This document shows positions 9,076-19,455 of a stretch of DNA of 64,000 nucleotides, in pieces; positions within the stretch are counted from its first letter, which is position 1; each line of letters starts with the position of its first letter. The notes beneath the pieces are model-generated. The model was given only the letters and a program-made list of their open reading frames with translations, searched no databases and had not been told where the DNA came from. A program made the translations under genes and the position numbers. This DNA comes from Glaciecola sp. (lineage in GTDB: Bacteria; Pseudomonadota; Gammaproteobacteria; Enterobacterales; Alteromonadaceae): assembly GCA_040514355.1 (NCBI GenBank), contig JBEVCF010000042.1, forward strand, positions 5,200 through 69,199. The letters run 5' to 3'.

Positions 9076-11005
9076 TAGCTAACTCCTGGGCAAAAGCTTG
9101 CTCGGCAGCCTCTAATGCCTCTTGCGCCTCACACCATGTGATTTCGGCTTCTTCCAAACGCTGACTGAGGGTCGTCTGTTCGGCCAAGATATGCTTTAAC
9201 TGCTCTTTTGCCTCATCTTCATATAAGGCGGTATCGCTCAATTGCGTTTCAATCTCGTGCAATTTTTCCTGTGCCTGTTCCATGACCTTTTCACTGGTGC
9301 TGATGGTTTTACGGATGTCGGCCGTGCGTTGTCTAAATTCGGCTTCAAGTCGTTTTTGTGCTTTGCGGTCAAGGGTTGGCGCACTATTGGGTTGTTGCGC
9401 CTTGGCTTCTGCCTTTTCTTGTGCCTTGGCTTCTTTCACCGTATCGAGCACCCACTTGGTGTAATCACTCAAATCACCAGAGAATGGCTCAACAGCCCCG
9501 CTGTCGACCAAATAAAAATCCTCACACACACTCTCCAGCAAAGTACGGTCGTGCGAGACCAATACCATTGCGCCGGTAAACCCTTGCAAGGCAAAATTGA
9601 GCGCATCACGCATATCTAAATCGAGGTGGTTGGTCGGCTCATCCAGTAACAGTAAATTGGGTTTTTGGTAGACGATCAGTGCTAGAACCAAACGGGCTTT
9701 TTCGCCTCCAGACATCGGGCGCACGATGCTGGTCGCTGCATCACCTTGAAAACCAAAGCCACCTAAATAATCACGCAGCGCTTGTTCCGTCGCGTGTTGG
9801 TCAATCCTTTGCAAATGCAATAACGGCGTACCTTCTAGATCCAAGGTGTCGACTTGGTGCTGCGCAAAATAACCTATATCCAGCCCTTGTGACGTCTGGT
9901 ATTCACCTGACATCGGTGCATGCACCTGAGCCAATAATTTGATCAAAGTAGACTTGCCCGCACCATTGCGTCCCAACAAGCCGATCCGGCTTCCCGGCAC
10001 CAAATTTAATTTTACGGAACTCAACACAACGTGATCGCCATAGCCGACTTTGATCTTTTCCATCGCCACGAGTGGATTGGGTAACTTATTCGGCTCATAA
10101 AACGCAAAAGAGAAAGGGTTTTGTGCTTGTACCGGCGCGATTTCTTGCATGCGCTCTAATTGTTTGACTCGGCTTTGGGCTTGTTTCGCTTTACTCGCCT
10201 TGGCTTTAAAGCGGTCGATAAATTTTTGTAAATGCGCGACTTGGGTCTGTTGTTTCTCGTATTGCAGTTGTTGCAAACGCAAACGCTCTGCACGTTGACG
10301 CTGATAACTTGAGTAATTACCGGTGTAAGTCACCAACTCACAGTTTTCAAAACTCACAATGTGCTGGGCAATCGCATCAATAAAGGCCTTGTCGTGAGAA
10401 ATCAGCAAGAGGGTGCCTTGGTAGCGCTGTAGCCATTTTTCTAACCAAATCACGGCATCTAAATCCAAGTGGTTAGTTGGCTCGTCGAGCAATAACACAT
10501 CAGACTGACATAAGAGTGCCTTGGCGAGGTTTATCCGCATTTTCCACCCGCCCGAAAACGCAGACACGGGTTTTTGCAGTGCTTCATTACTAAAGCCCAA
10601 ACCCGCTAGAATCGTTGCGGCTCTTGCTTCCACATCATAGGCTCCCGCCTCTTCCATCTGCCCATGTAACAAAGCCATTTGTTCGCCATCACCGGCCGCT
10701 TCTGCTGCGGCCAATTGCGACTTAAGCTCAGTTAAATAGATATCACCACTGATAGTGTGTACCAACACACTATCTTCACTTTGAGGGGTGTGCTGCGCCA
10801 CAGCAACCATGCGCCAATCTTTGGGAAAGTGATAATCTCCGCTTTCCAAGGTCAGTTGATGTTGCAACAGGGCAAAGAGACTGGATTTGCCACAACCATT
10901 GGCACCGATGACCGCATATTTATGACCGGGGTAAAAATCCACACTGCTGGGCGTCAACAAGGTTTTGGTGCCACGCATAAAGGATATATTGGAAAGTTTG
11001 ATCAT
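9068..11005 (-). CDS. yheS: ABC-F family ATPase YheS
   Basis: Two ABC domains (GANGCGKS, GRNGAGKS, FSGGWKMR, LDEPTNHLD twice), linker and C-terminal coiled coil; no TM segments. Confidence 0.93.
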   Translation of the reverse strand: MIKLSNISFMRGTKTLLTPSSVDFYPGHKYAVIGANGCGKSSLFALLQHQLTLESGDYHFPKDWRMVAVAQHTPQSEDSVLVHTISGDIYLTELKSQLAAAEAAGDGEQMALLHGQMEEAGAYDVEARAATILAGLGFSNEALQKPVSAFSGGWKMRINLAKALLCQSDVLLLDEPTNHLDLDAVIWLEKWLQRYQGTLLLISHDKAFIDAIAQHIVSFENCELVTYTGNYSSYQRQRAERLRLQQLQYEKQQTQVAHLQKFIDRFKAKASKAKQAQSRVKQLERMQEIAPVQAQNPFSFAFYEPNKLPNPLVAMEKIKVGYGDHVVLSSVKLNLVPGSRIGLLGRNGAGKSTLIKLLAQVHAPMSGEYQTSQGLDIGYFAQHQVDTLDLEGTPLLHLQRIDQHATEQALRDYLGGFGFQGDAATSIVRPMSGGEKARLVLALIVYQKPNLLLLDEPTNHLDLDMRDALNFALQGFTGAMVLVSHDRTLLESVCEDFYLVDSGAVEPFSGDLSDYTKWVLDTVKEAKAQEKAEAKAQQPNSAPTLDRKAQKRLEAEFRQRTADIRKTISTSEKVMEQAQEKLHEIETQLSDTALYEDEAKEQLKHILAEQTTLSQRLEEAEITWCEAQEALEAAEQAFAQELANA

Positions 11006-11134
11006 AAAGCCTCAAGAACAGATACCGTCGCTCGGTATTGGTGCAGATTATACCAGAAGACTAACGAGGGTTTTAACCCAAAGACACAAAACTTGGGTAT
11101 AATACTGCAAGTTAAATGTAAAAGGCTGTTACTC

Positions 11135-11338
11135 ATGTCCCAAAAAACTCGCAAACGTTTCATTGCTGGCGCGACTTGCCCCAAGTGTAAGGCGATGGAC
11201 TCTATCATGTTGTATTTTGAGAACAACGTGGAGAAGTTACAGTGTGTGAAATGCGATTACCACGATGTACAGTCACAGACGGATGTCAGCCAAGCCGGAC
11301 AAAAATCGGCTGACGTCATCGGGGTATTCAAACCTTAA
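11135..11338 (+). CDS. yheV: YheV-family putative zinc-ribbon protein
   Basis: RKRFIAGATCPKC...CVKC...VIGVFKP; real start is ATG 11135. Confidence 0.9.
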   Translation: MSQKTRKRFIAGATCPKCKAMDSIMLYFENNVEKLQCVKCDYHDVQSQTDVSQAGQKSADVIGVFKP

Positions 11339-11613
11339 TAGTGCGGGGGAGGCGTCTCTTCTTCCGGTTTTGCAATGTTGGACGGTTCGATTGACTTGAG
11401 TTTATCGACCACGTGATTGAGCTTAAAGCTCAATTTATCAGTCAATAATTGCTGCTCACTCAAGGACTGATTCAACTGCTCTATCGTATCGTCCTGAAAC
11501 GCCAGGCGCGTCTCCAGATCAATAACTTTATCTGCCAACGATTCAACGGTTTTTTGTAATTGCGCCAAGATGGACCCTGGGTCTTGCGACCATAGATTGT
11601 GTGACATAGTCAT
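11335..11613 (-). CDS. slyX: SlyX family protein
   Basis: LETRLAFQDDTIEQLN...EETPPPHY. Confidence 0.93.
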   Translation of the reverse strand: MTMSHNLWSQDPGSILAQLQKTVESLADKVIDLETRLAFQDDTIEQLNQSLSEQQLLTDKLSFKLNHVVDKLKSIEPSNIAKPEEETPPPHY

Positions 11614-11802
11614 ACCTCATCACTATTTAGAATTACTATATCACGGTTCATCATATAGCGTCGCTACTGGACATAAAAATTACCCGAAATAGTTGGCATT
11701 GACACCAAATTCCAGTAGATTGATTGCTATGTTTCGCGAATACATTCTTGTATTTGCAGTTTTTACAATAATGATAACTAGACAATTCGGAGAAGTCCCA
11801 TA

Positions 11803-12558
11803 ATGAAACGTTCTTTTGCTGCACTTGCAGTCATATCTGTATTAGGTTTAACGGCGTGTAACCAAGAAACGAAAGCCCCTGAAACAGCGGCTGATACGCC
11901 AGTAACATTCAATTCAGATGCTGAAAAACAATCCTACGCACTGGGTGCTAGCATGGGTGCATTCGCTGTGTCACGCAAACAGCAAATGAATGAAGTAGAA
12001 ATGGATATCAATCTCGATATGCTCAAGCAAGGTTTTATCGATGGTCTTGCTGAAAACTCACAGCTCAGCCAAGAAGAACTCACCACTCTCATTCGCAATG
12101 CAGATCAAGAGATCCGTGCTCGCCAAGAAGCGCTCGCCAACCAATCAGCAGAAGACAACATCGCCGCTGGCAAAGCATTTCTGGCTGAAAACGCTAACAA
12201 AGAAGGTGTGGTAGTGACCGAATCAGGCCTGCAGTATGAAGTCTTAGTAGAGGGTACGGGTACTTCGCCAAGCGCAACGGATACTGTACGTGTGCATTAT
12301 CGCGGTACACTGTTAGATGGCACCGAATTTGATTCATCTTACAAGCGTGGCGAACCTGCAGAATTCCCACTTAACCGTGTTATCCCTGGCTGGACAGAAG
12401 GCGTACAGCTCATGAAAGAAGGCGCCAAGTTCAAGTTCTACATCCCTTCTGAACTGGCTTATGGTACGCGTTCAACAGGTGCGATTACACCGAATTCAAC
12501 CTTGGTGTTTGAAGTAGAATTACTGGATGTCGTAACCGCAGAAGATGCCGGCGAATAA
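11803..12558 (+). CDS. fkpA: FKBP-type peptidyl-prolyl isomerase FkpA (lipoprotein signal)
   Basis: LTAC lipobox, SYALG, VHYRGTLLDGTEFDSSY, VIPGWTEG; divergent from slyX. Confidence 0.93.
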   Translation: MKRSFAALAVISVLGLTACNQETKAPETAADTPVTFNSDAEKQSYALGASMGAFAVSRKQQMNEVEMDINLDMLKQGFIDGLAENSQLSQEELTTLIRNADQEIRARQEALANQSAEDNIAAGKAFLAENANKEGVVVTESGLQYEVLVEGTGTSPSATDTVRVHYRGTLLDGTEFDSSYKRGEPAEFPLNRVIPGWTEGVQLMKEGAKFKFYIPSELAYGTRSTGAITPNSTLVFEVELLDVVTAEDAGE

Positions 12559-12576
12559 ACGCTTCATCTAGTCTAT

Positions 12577-12614
12577 AACGCAGTGTTGAATGCAATCGAC
12601 ACTGCGTTTTTTTT
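12577..12614 (+). terminator. Rho-independent terminator of fkpA
   Basis: AACGCAGTGTTGA/TCGACACTGCGTT stem followed by a T run. Confidence 0.85.
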
Positions 12615-12800
12615 GAATAGAAAAATTGAATAGTTTTGCCTACACTAAAGTCTGTATCTTCGCAGCAAGTATTGCGTGGTTAGGTAGTAACAAAGCCTGT
12701 ACGATTTCTTTATGCTTTTGCAGACTTGAGAAACACCTAAACTTATGCTGATATATACTTGTTAATTCAAGCATTAACGCACACAACCACCAAGGAAATG

Positions 12801-13133
12801 ATGATGAGCAAATCTACAACACTGACCCTTGCCGCAGCGTCTCTACTAACGCTCAGCGTCGCAGCAGATGCCCATACGATGGGTAACAAAAAAGGCAAAG
12901 AGAAGTGCTACGGTGTAGCATTAGCGGGCCAAAATGATTGTGGTAACCTAGCTGGCACGCATAGCTGTGCAGGTCAATCAACGGTTGATAATGATATTAG
13001 TGAATGGAAACTCGTTCCTAAAGGCACATGCGCTGAATTAGGCGGGTATTCACGCAAAGAAGCCAAGAAAATGTACAAGGCCTTGAAAGCAAAAGGTGAA
13101 GCGGCGAAAGAAAAAGTCAGCGCCTTACGCTAA
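12801..13133 (+). CDS. DUF2282/BufA1-like bufferin RiPP precursor with signal peptide
   Basis: Signal peptide, then [14 protein letters not shown]...HSCAGQS...[13 protein letters not shown] (four Cys); AAGGA RBS; three tandem ATGs at 12798, 12801 and 12804. Confidence 0.88.
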   Translation: MMSKSTTLTLAAASLLTLSVAADAHTMGNKKGKEKCYGVALAGQNDCGNLAGTHSCAGQSTVDNDISEWKLVPKGTCAELGGYSRKEAKKMYKALKAKGEAAKEKVSALR

Positions 13134-13147
13134 GTTAGGGACACAGC

Positions 13148-14032
13148 ATGGACTCGGTGGTGTTGCCTCAAATTGGCATAGGTTTGCGTCATCCGCATTA
13201 CGATGATGCCCTCAGAGCCCCTCAAGGTATCGATTTTGTCGAACTCCATGCTGAAAACCTCTATCCCAAAGGGGGCTTGTATAGCGCGTTTGTAGACCAG
13301 CTGTGTCAGACCTTCCCTGTCAGTATCCATGGCACATCACTCGGGCTTGGCTCTGCTGTAGAAGTACCCGAGCATGAACTCAATAAGTTTGCTGATGTCG
13401 TGTCGCGTACTAGCCCTTTTTTGGTTTCTGAGCATATTTGTTTTAACCGCGCCAACGTTCACGGTCGTCTGTTTCATACCGGCGACTTACTCCCTATTCC
13501 TTACAATGCAGCGTCTTTAACGACTTTGTCTGAAAATGTGCAAACTGTACAACATCGCCTCGGGTGCTCTATTTTGTTGGAAAACCTAAGCGCGTATTTA
13601 CCAGATATCGAGCATACCTTGACTGAGACAGAATTTCTGAATCAATTAGTCGAGCAGACACAGTGTGGTCTACTACTCGATTTGAATAACGTCTTAGTGA
13701 ACTTACACAATCAGTATCCAAATTGGGATGATGCGCAACGTATTGATGTTGCGCTCAACTGGATAGACCAACTGCCACACACAGCTATTCGTGAAATTCA
13801 TTTAGCAGGCTTCTCCCCTCAACAAGTACACGGTTTTTATGTGGATGACCATGCTCAACCGGTTTCCTCAGAATGCTGGACGCTTTATGCAGCTGTACTC
13901 GCTAAAATAGGCGCAGTAACGACCTTGATCGAATGGGATAATAACCTGCCCGCTTGGACTGACCTAGTCGCACAAGCTGAGCATGCACGGGCAGTGGCAA
14001 AAACCGTTTTAGCGCCTTGTGGGACAACGTGA
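13148..14032 (+). CDS. DUF692 multinuclear non-heme iron oxidative enzyme (MNIO, BufB/MbnB/TglH family)
   Basis: GIGLR.PH, ELHAEN, SIHG, SEH, LLENL, LLLDLNN, EIHLAG, DDH and IEWD motifs. Confidence 0.93.
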   Translation: MDSVVLPQIGIGLRHPHYDDALRAPQGIDFVELHAENLYPKGGLYSAFVDQLCQTFPVSIHGTSLGLGSAVEVPEHELNKFADVVSRTSPFLVSEHICFNRANVHGRLFHTGDLLPIPYNAASLTTLSENVQTVQHRLGCSILLENLSAYLPDIEHTLTETEFLNQLVEQTQCGLLLDLNNVLVNLHNQYPNWDDAQRIDVALNWIDQLPHTAIREIHLAGFSPQQVHGFYVDDHAQPVSSECWTLYAAVLAKIGAVTTLIEWDNNLPAWTDLVAQAEHARAVAKTVLAPCGTT

Positions 14033-14808
14033 TGAGCCGTGTAGACAGCCAAGCAACAGAGGCCAATGCAGTATGGCAAAGTATTTGTTTGGAGCAGATT
14101 TTTACCCAAGCTAGCCCCGGCCATGCAGTATATTTTAACAATGTAGTACTCACTCAACGCCAAACACTACAGCACACTTTCCCGCGCACCAGTAGTCTTC
14201 TGGGTGCACAGGCGTTTGCATCTTTGGCATTTGCCTTTTTGCAAGCGTTCGGACGCGAGGACTTTGACTGGGGGGAATACGGTGCGCAGTGGCCGCAATT
14301 TTTAGCCTCACAAACCGCTACAGCTGAGATTGCGTTACCACAACACATAGCGACTATTGCCTGTGCTGAATGGGCATGGCACCGTGCCAACCGCGCCGAT
14401 AATAAAGTGTTTGACCAAGCTAGCTTTGCTCTGCTCGAAAGCACCCCTTTAGACAGGTGCTACATTAGGTTCGCGCCAGGTGTCGATATCATCAGTGGTG
14501 CCGTTGATTTTACGTATTTTTATGACATAGATGCATTTATTAACAAGTACCAACAAACCAGACATGAGCGGCAAACTGCAACAACGTTCATTATATGGCG
14601 CCCAGAGTATGCCCCTCTAGGTCGAATCCTGCCGGCGGAGTTTGCGCCAATTTGGCATGCCATCAATGACTATGTCACAACACAGCAGCCATGTTCAGTA
14701 CAAGCCTTAGTTGAGTATTGCCAAAAATACGATATTGACCCGATGTTGTGGTTACAAGACGCACTGCAACGACAACATATTTTTGGGTTGACGACGAACA
14801 GACCTTGA
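14032..14808 (+). CDS. DUF2063/BufC-like MNIO partner protein
   Basis: VYFNNV..LQHTFP....LLG...F...A..F.......W.EYG..WPQFL; TGATG coupling to the DUF692 gene. Confidence 0.8.
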   Translation: MSRVDSQATEANAVWQSICLEQIFTQASPGHAVYFNNVVLTQRQTLQHTFPRTSSLLGAQAFASLAFAFLQAFGREDFDWGEYGAQWPQFLASQTATAEIALPQHIATIACAEWAWHRANRADNKVFDQASFALLESTPLDRCYIRFAPGVDIISGAVDFTYFYDIDAFINKYQQTRHERQTATTFIIWRPEYAPLGRILPAEFAPIWHAINDYVTTQQPCSVQALVEYCQKYDIDPMLWLQDALQRQHIFGLTTNRP

Positions 14809-14893
14809 TATGGTATTAATGACTTATAACTTCTAGCACGGCATTAAATTGAATCCCAATGCCACGCTCAAAGTAGAATAACACGAGGAAACA

Positions 14894-15373
14894 ATGTCCA
14901 CACCGTTGATCACCCGACAAGGCTATCAAACGCTACGGGAAGAATTGGATTATTTATGGCGCACGGAGCGTCCAGAGATCACCAAAAAAGTGACTTGGGC
15001 GGCTAGCTTAGGTGATCGCTCAGAAAATGCCGACTACCAGTACAACAAACAAAAGCTGCGTCAGATCGACCGTAGAGTGCGTTATCTCCGCAAAGCATTA
15101 GAGCGTTTAAAAGTCGTGGACTATGCCCCTGAACAAGAGGGCAAAATCTTCTTCGGTGCCTTTGTCACACTAGAGGACGATGATGGCAAAACCCTGTCTT
15201 TTCAAATCGTTGGATATGACGAAATCTTTCAGCGCAAAGATGCAATCTCAATTGACTCTCCCATGGCAAGAGCATGCTTAAAAAAAGAGGTCGATGATGA
15301 GGTGCTTGTGACCGTCGAAGGCCAAACCAAAATTTGGTATGTCAATACCATCTCGTACCACAAAACCACCTGA
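14894..15373 (+). CDS. greB: Transcription elongation factor GreB
   Basis: WAASLGDRSENADYQYNK, ISIDSPMARA. Confidence 0.96.
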   Translation: MSTPLITRQGYQTLREELDYLWRTERPEITKKVTWAASLGDRSENADYQYNKQKLRQIDRRVRYLRKALERLKVVDYAPEQEGKIFFGAFVTLEDDDGKTLSFQIVGYDEIFQRKDAISIDSPMARACLKKEVDDEVLVTVEGQTKIWYVNTISYHKTT

Positions 15374-15479
15374 GTATTTAATCGCTTTTGTCTCTTGTGC
15401 GCTTGCTATGCAGGCGTATAATACGGTTTTTCTTTTCAACGACTGAACACCCGTCAGTCTCACCATGGTTGTATAACGT

Positions 15480-17783
15480 ATGATCACACGCACACTCGCT
15501 CAAGAACTCTCGGTGCAAGAAAACCAAGTCCAAGCCGCTATCGCACTGCTAGATGAAGGCGCGACAGTCCCGTTTATTGCGCGTTACCGCAAAGAAGCCA
15601 CCAATGGACTGGATGATGCACAATTACGGACTCTTGAAACGCGTTTGACCTATCTGCGTGAACTCGAAGATCGCAAAAAAGCCATTTTAAAATCGATTAA
15701 AGAACAAGAAAAACTCACACCAGAATTAGAAAAAGCGATTCTGACAGCCTCTGCAAAAACAGAACTTGAAGACCTATACCTGCCCTACAAACCGCGTCGT
15801 CGGACTAAGGGACAAATTGCCATTGAAGCTGGCATAGCCCCTCTAGCAGATGCCTTGTATGAAGACCCAAGCAAAGATCCTGAAAGTGAAGCACAAGCGT
15901 ACCTCAATGCAGAAGCCGGCTTTGCCGATACCAAAGCGGTATTAGATGGTGCCAAGTTTATTTTGATGGAGCGTTTTGCAGAAGATGCGACGTTGCTGCA
16001 AAAAATTCGCCAACATATGACTCAGCACGGTTTTCTGGTCAGTAAGATTCTCCCCGGCAAAGAAGCGGATGCAGCAAAGTTCAAAGATTACTTTGCACAC
16101 CAAGAAAAATATAAAAATACCCCTTCACATCGCGCACTTGCTATGTTTAGAGGGCGTAACGAAGGATTTTTGGCGCTCAATATCGTATTAGATCCGAATG
16201 CAGAAACGCCGTCTCGAAGCGAATGTGAGGATATGATTGCACAACACGTAGGCATCACCGATCGCAACCGAGCCGCTGACCCATGGTTACAAGGTGTCGT
16301 GACGTGGACGTGGAAAATCAAAATTTTACTGCACATGGAAACCGAACTATTCAATGTGCTACGCGAAAAAGCAGAAGCGGAAGCGATCAATGTCTTTGCC
16401 AAGAATCTCAATGACCTGCTCATGGCCGCACCAGCTGGAGCAAAATGCACCATGGGCTTGGATCCAGGCATTCGCACCGGTGTTAAAGTCGCTATTGTAG
16501 ACGCCACCGGCAAAGTGGTTGGCCACACGACTATTTTCCCGCACCAACCTCAAAATCAATGGGACAAATCCATCCGCACGTTAGCGACCTTATGCAAGCA
16601 GCACAAAGTCGAATTGATCAGTATTGGCAATGGCACCGGTTCACGTGAAACGGACAAATTAGTAGCGGAAATGATGAAGGCCCACCCTGATGTCAATGTG
16701 CAAAAAATCATGATTTCAGAAGCCGGCGCCTCCGTGTATTCAGCGTCGGAGCTTGCATCTGCAGAGCTTCCCGACCTGGACGTGTCCATCCGCGGCGCCG
16801 TTTCAATTGCGCGACGCCTACAAGATCCGCTCGCCGAGCTAGTCAAAATTGAACCCAAAGCGATCGGTGTAGGGCAGTACCAACACGATGTATCACAAAG
16901 CAAACTCAGCTTGTCATTAACCAATGTTATTGAGGACTGTGTTAACGCTGTAGGCGTTGATTTGAATACCGCGTCGCCGGCCCTGCTTGCCAACGTCTCA
17001 GGTCTAAATAAAACACTCGCTCAAAATATCGTCGAGCACCGCAATAGCAACGGCGCATTTGCTTCACGCCAAGACCTGTTAAAGGTCGCGCGCCTGGGGC
17101 CCAAAGCCTATGAACAAGCAGCGGGTTTCTTGCGCATCAACAATGGCACTAATCCGTTAGATAGTTCAGCCGTTCACCCCGAAGCCTATCCGGTGGTCGA
17201 TAAAATCTTGCAACAAACCCAGGTTGCCGTGAATGATCTTATCGGTAACACAGATTTATTGCGCAAGCTTGCACCCCAGGATTTTATTGATGAAACCTTT
17301 GGCGAACCAACGGTCAAAGACATCTTAAGTGAGCTAGATAAGCCCGGTCGCGACCCGCGTCCAGAGTTCAAAACCGCAGCCTATAAAGAAGGCGTGGAAA
17401 CCATCGCCGATCTCAAGCCAGGTATGATCCTTGAAGGCGTCGTAAGTAATGTTGCCAACTTTGGTGCGTTTGTCGATGTGGGCGTTCACCAAGACGGCCT
17501 GGTGCACATTTCCGCACTCACTGATGGATTCATCTCTGATCCCCGTGAAGTTGTCAAAACTGGGGATGTCGTGAAGGTCAAAGTCATGGAAGTTGATATT
17601 GAGCGCAAACGCATCAGCTTTACGATGCGTATGGGCGATGAAGTACCGCGTTCAGGTGCGAGCAAGGCCGCCACCAAACCTAACAAAACTAAATCGCCAA
17701 AGGGTCAACGTCCAAAACCCGCACCCGCAGCGAATGGCGGGATGGCTGATGCTTTTGCTGCCGCATTTGCCAAGAAAAAATAA
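15480..17783 (+). CDS. tex: Tex/YhgF transcription accessory protein (C-terminal S1 domain)
   Basis: [37 protein letters not shown], and S1 motif [18 protein letters not shown]. Confidence 0.96.
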   Translation: MITRTLAQELSVQENQVQAAIALLDEGATVPFIARYRKEATNGLDDAQLRTLETRLTYLRELEDRKKAILKSIKEQEKLTPELEKAILTASAKTELEDLYLPYKPRRRTKGQIAIEAGIAPLADALYEDPSKDPESEAQAYLNAEAGFADTKAVLDGAKFILMERFAEDATLLQKIRQHMTQHGFLVSKILPGKEADAAKFKDYFAHQEKYKNTPSHRALAMFRGRNEGFLALNIVLDPNAETPSRSECEDMIAQHVGITDRNRAADPWLQGVVTWTWKIKILLHMETELFNVLREKAEAEAINVFAKNLNDLLMAAPAGAKCTMGLDPGIRTGVKVAIVDATGKVVGHTTIFPHQPQNQWDKSIRTLATLCKQHKVELISIGNGTGSRETDKLVAEMMKAHPDVNVQKIMISEAGASVYSASELASAELPDLDVSIRGAVSIARRLQDPLAELVKIEPKAIGVGQYQHDVSQSKLSLSLTNVIEDCVNAVGVDLNTASPALLANVSGLNKTLAQNIVEHRNSNGAFASRQDLLKVARLGPKAYEQAAGFLRINNGTNPLDSSAVHPEAYPVVDKILQQTQVAVNDLIGNTDLLRKLAPQDFIDETFGEPTVKDILSELDKPGRDPRPEFKTAAYKEGVETIADLKPGMILEGVVSNVANFGAFVDVGVHQDGLVHISALTDGFISDPREVVKTGDVVKVKVMEVDIERKRISFTMRMGDEVPRSGASKAATKPNKTKSPKGQRPKPAPAANGGMADAFAAAFAKKK

Positions 17784-17800
17784 GCTCAACCGTTTAAAGC

Positions 17801-17832
17801 TAGTGCTTTAGGACCTACTCCTCAAAGCACTA
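17801..17832. terminator. Hairpin between convergent tex and bioH
   Basis: TAGTGCTTT-AGGA...TCCT-C-AAAGCACTA inverted repeat; no strong U tract. Confidence 0.45.
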
Positions 17833-18609
17833 GTTCTCAATAAAATCAATAACCTCAGCATTAAATTCCGATAAATTTGTCATAAATGGCGCATGTGAAA
17901 CATGCTCCATGATGACTGTTTTTGCGGCCGGCTGTAACACTTGGATTGCTGTCACTGCTGCTTGAGGAACCAGCGCATCTAAACGACCATATATACGTAA
18001 AGTCGGCTGCGTGATCGCTTTTAGATCTGAGCGCATATCAATACTGCTGAGCCATGACAACCCTTGTAGTAGTGAAGCTTCACAGGGAGGAGGATAAGCT
18101 TCAATCGCGTCGCGCAACGCCAGAATATCAGCTTTAGCTGTCGGAGAACCCATAGCCTGAATCGCCATAAAGCGCTGCAATGTCGAGTGATAATCTTGCT
18201 CAAGTTGCACTTCAAACGCCTGGAGCACTTTGGGCGCAATCCCTGGCCAACCCGATTCCTGTGCAGCAGCTGGCTCAGCTTGAAACTTGGGAGAACTGGC
18301 TACGACAATCAACTTTGAGACATGTTTGGGATGAGCAAGGGCTAGCTGTGTTGCGACTAACCCACCCAATGACCAGCCCAGCACCACACTACCTTGTGGT
18401 ATCACCTCTACCAGTTGTTGTGCTACATCATTCAAGTTGGTCATGGGTTGAGAGGCATTTTCCCCAAAACCTGGTAAATCGATCAAATGGCAGGTGTAAC
18501 GATCAGCTAATGCTCGTGCGACATGGTCAAACACACCGGAATTCAATCCCCAACCATGCAATAACACTAACGGTTTTCCTGTCCCAATGATCCGCAGACA
18601 TAATGACAT
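17830..18609 (-). CDS. bioH: Pimeloyl-ACP methyl ester esterase BioH
   Basis: LLHGWGLNS, GWSLGG, GRLDALVP, SHAPF; divergent from comF. Confidence 0.92.
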   Translation of the reverse strand: MSLCLRIIGTGKPLVLLHGWGLNSGVFDHVARALADRYTCHLIDLPGFGENASQPMTNLNDVAQQLVEVIPQGSVVLGWSLGGLVATQLALAHPKHVSKLIVVASSPKFQAEPAAAQESGWPGIAPKVLQAFEVQLEQDYHSTLQRFMAIQAMGSPTAKADILALRDAIEAYPPPCEASLLQGLSWLSSIDMRSDLKAITQPTLRIYGRLDALVPQAAVTAIQVLQPAAKTVIMEHVSHAPFMTNLSEFNAEVIDFIEN

Positions 18610-18653
18610 TCTGTTTTTATACTCACACTATTCCAAACACATCCTAGTTTAAC

Positions 18654-19433
18654 ATGCTCAACATCGACGGCCTACGTCTAGTGCCAAAGTGCCAAACCAA
18701 ACTCGCCTGCATACACCCTGCGCTACACTGGTTAAATCAATGTCTGTTATGCGCGCAGCCTAGTAGTCACTTTGTTTGCCCATATTGTATCGCGCACAGC
18801 GGCGTGCTCGCCCGTCGCTTTTTGCGCCATAATTTGCTTGACGAACACCGTTATCCTACCTTACATACGGTCAATTTTGACTGCATACTGGTACTCGATT
18901 GGTATGTGTATCCATGGCAGCGACTGATCCCCTTGATAAAATTCCATCAAGCACAGCATCTAACCCAAACCTTAGCCAAATGGTTTTATACGCTGCGCTT
19001 ACGCCATTACTATCGAGCGCACTCTTGGCCACAAGCACTCATTCCGGTGCCATTGCATGCCAAACGTCTCAAGCAACGCGGTTACAATCAAACCGCTCTA
19101 CTGACGAAGCATCTCGGTACCATCACCCAGCTTCCCGTGGTAGACCATGCAGCTATGCGTACCAAATATACCCAAGCACAAAGTGAGTTAACCAGAGAGG
19201 CACGTTTGGCCAATATCGAAGGGGCGTTTAGCATTGACCCTCATGTCCTAAAAGAATATCAGCATATTGCTATCGTTGAAGACGTGTTGACTACAGGTGC
19301 AACCTTAAACGCTTTGTGTAAAGCTTTATATCAGGTGTATCCACAGCTGCACATCACTGTGTGGTGTATGCATATTGCTGTGGACCAAGATGTAATGGAC
19401 GCATTTGCAGCACCAAGCTACGCCTGCGTCTAG
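18654..19433 (+). CDS. comF: ComF/GntX family protein
   Basis: CxxC...CxxC, PVPLH..RLKQRGYNQ, VEDVLTTGATL; start uncertain. Confidence 0.88.
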   Translation: MLNIDGLRLVPKCQTKLACIHPALHWLNQCLLCAQPSSHFVCPYCIAHSGVLARRFLRHNLLDEHRYPTLHTVNFDCILVLDWYVYPWQRLIPLIKFHQAQHLTQTLAKWFYTLRLRHYYRAHSWPQALIPVPLHAKRLKQRGYNQTALLTKHLGTITQLPVVDHAAMRTKYTQAQSELTREARLANIEGAFSIDPHVLKEYQHIAIVEDVLTTGATLNALCKALYQVYPQLHITVWCMHIAVDQDVMDAFAAPSYACV

Positions 19434-19455
19434 TGAATGTTAATTGTAATAGTGA

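Noticed and set aside
9399-9434. Direct repeat GCCTTGGCTTCT in yheS
   Set aside because: Encodes a low-complexity EAKA linker; not an independent repeat element.
10757-11134. 193-aa version of the yheV ORF
   Set aside because: The upstream part is antisense to yheS; YheV similarity starts at ATG 11135.
12660-12760. Possible ECF (SigF-like GTAAC) promoter for the bufferin-like operon
   Set aside because: GTAACA at 12687 has no correctly spaced CGAA-like -10, and TTGAGA/TATACT are 22 bp apart; neither promoter is supportable.
16088-17811. Several 60-146 aa ORFs overlapping tex
   Set aside because: Antisense or alternate-frame shadows of a conserved gene; the same applies to similar ORFs over the cox, ilv, pro and rep genes.
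19270-19310. ComF PRPP loop reads VEDV rather than VDDV
   Set aside because: ED is a common variant in PRTase-fold proteins, so this is not evidence of inactivation.
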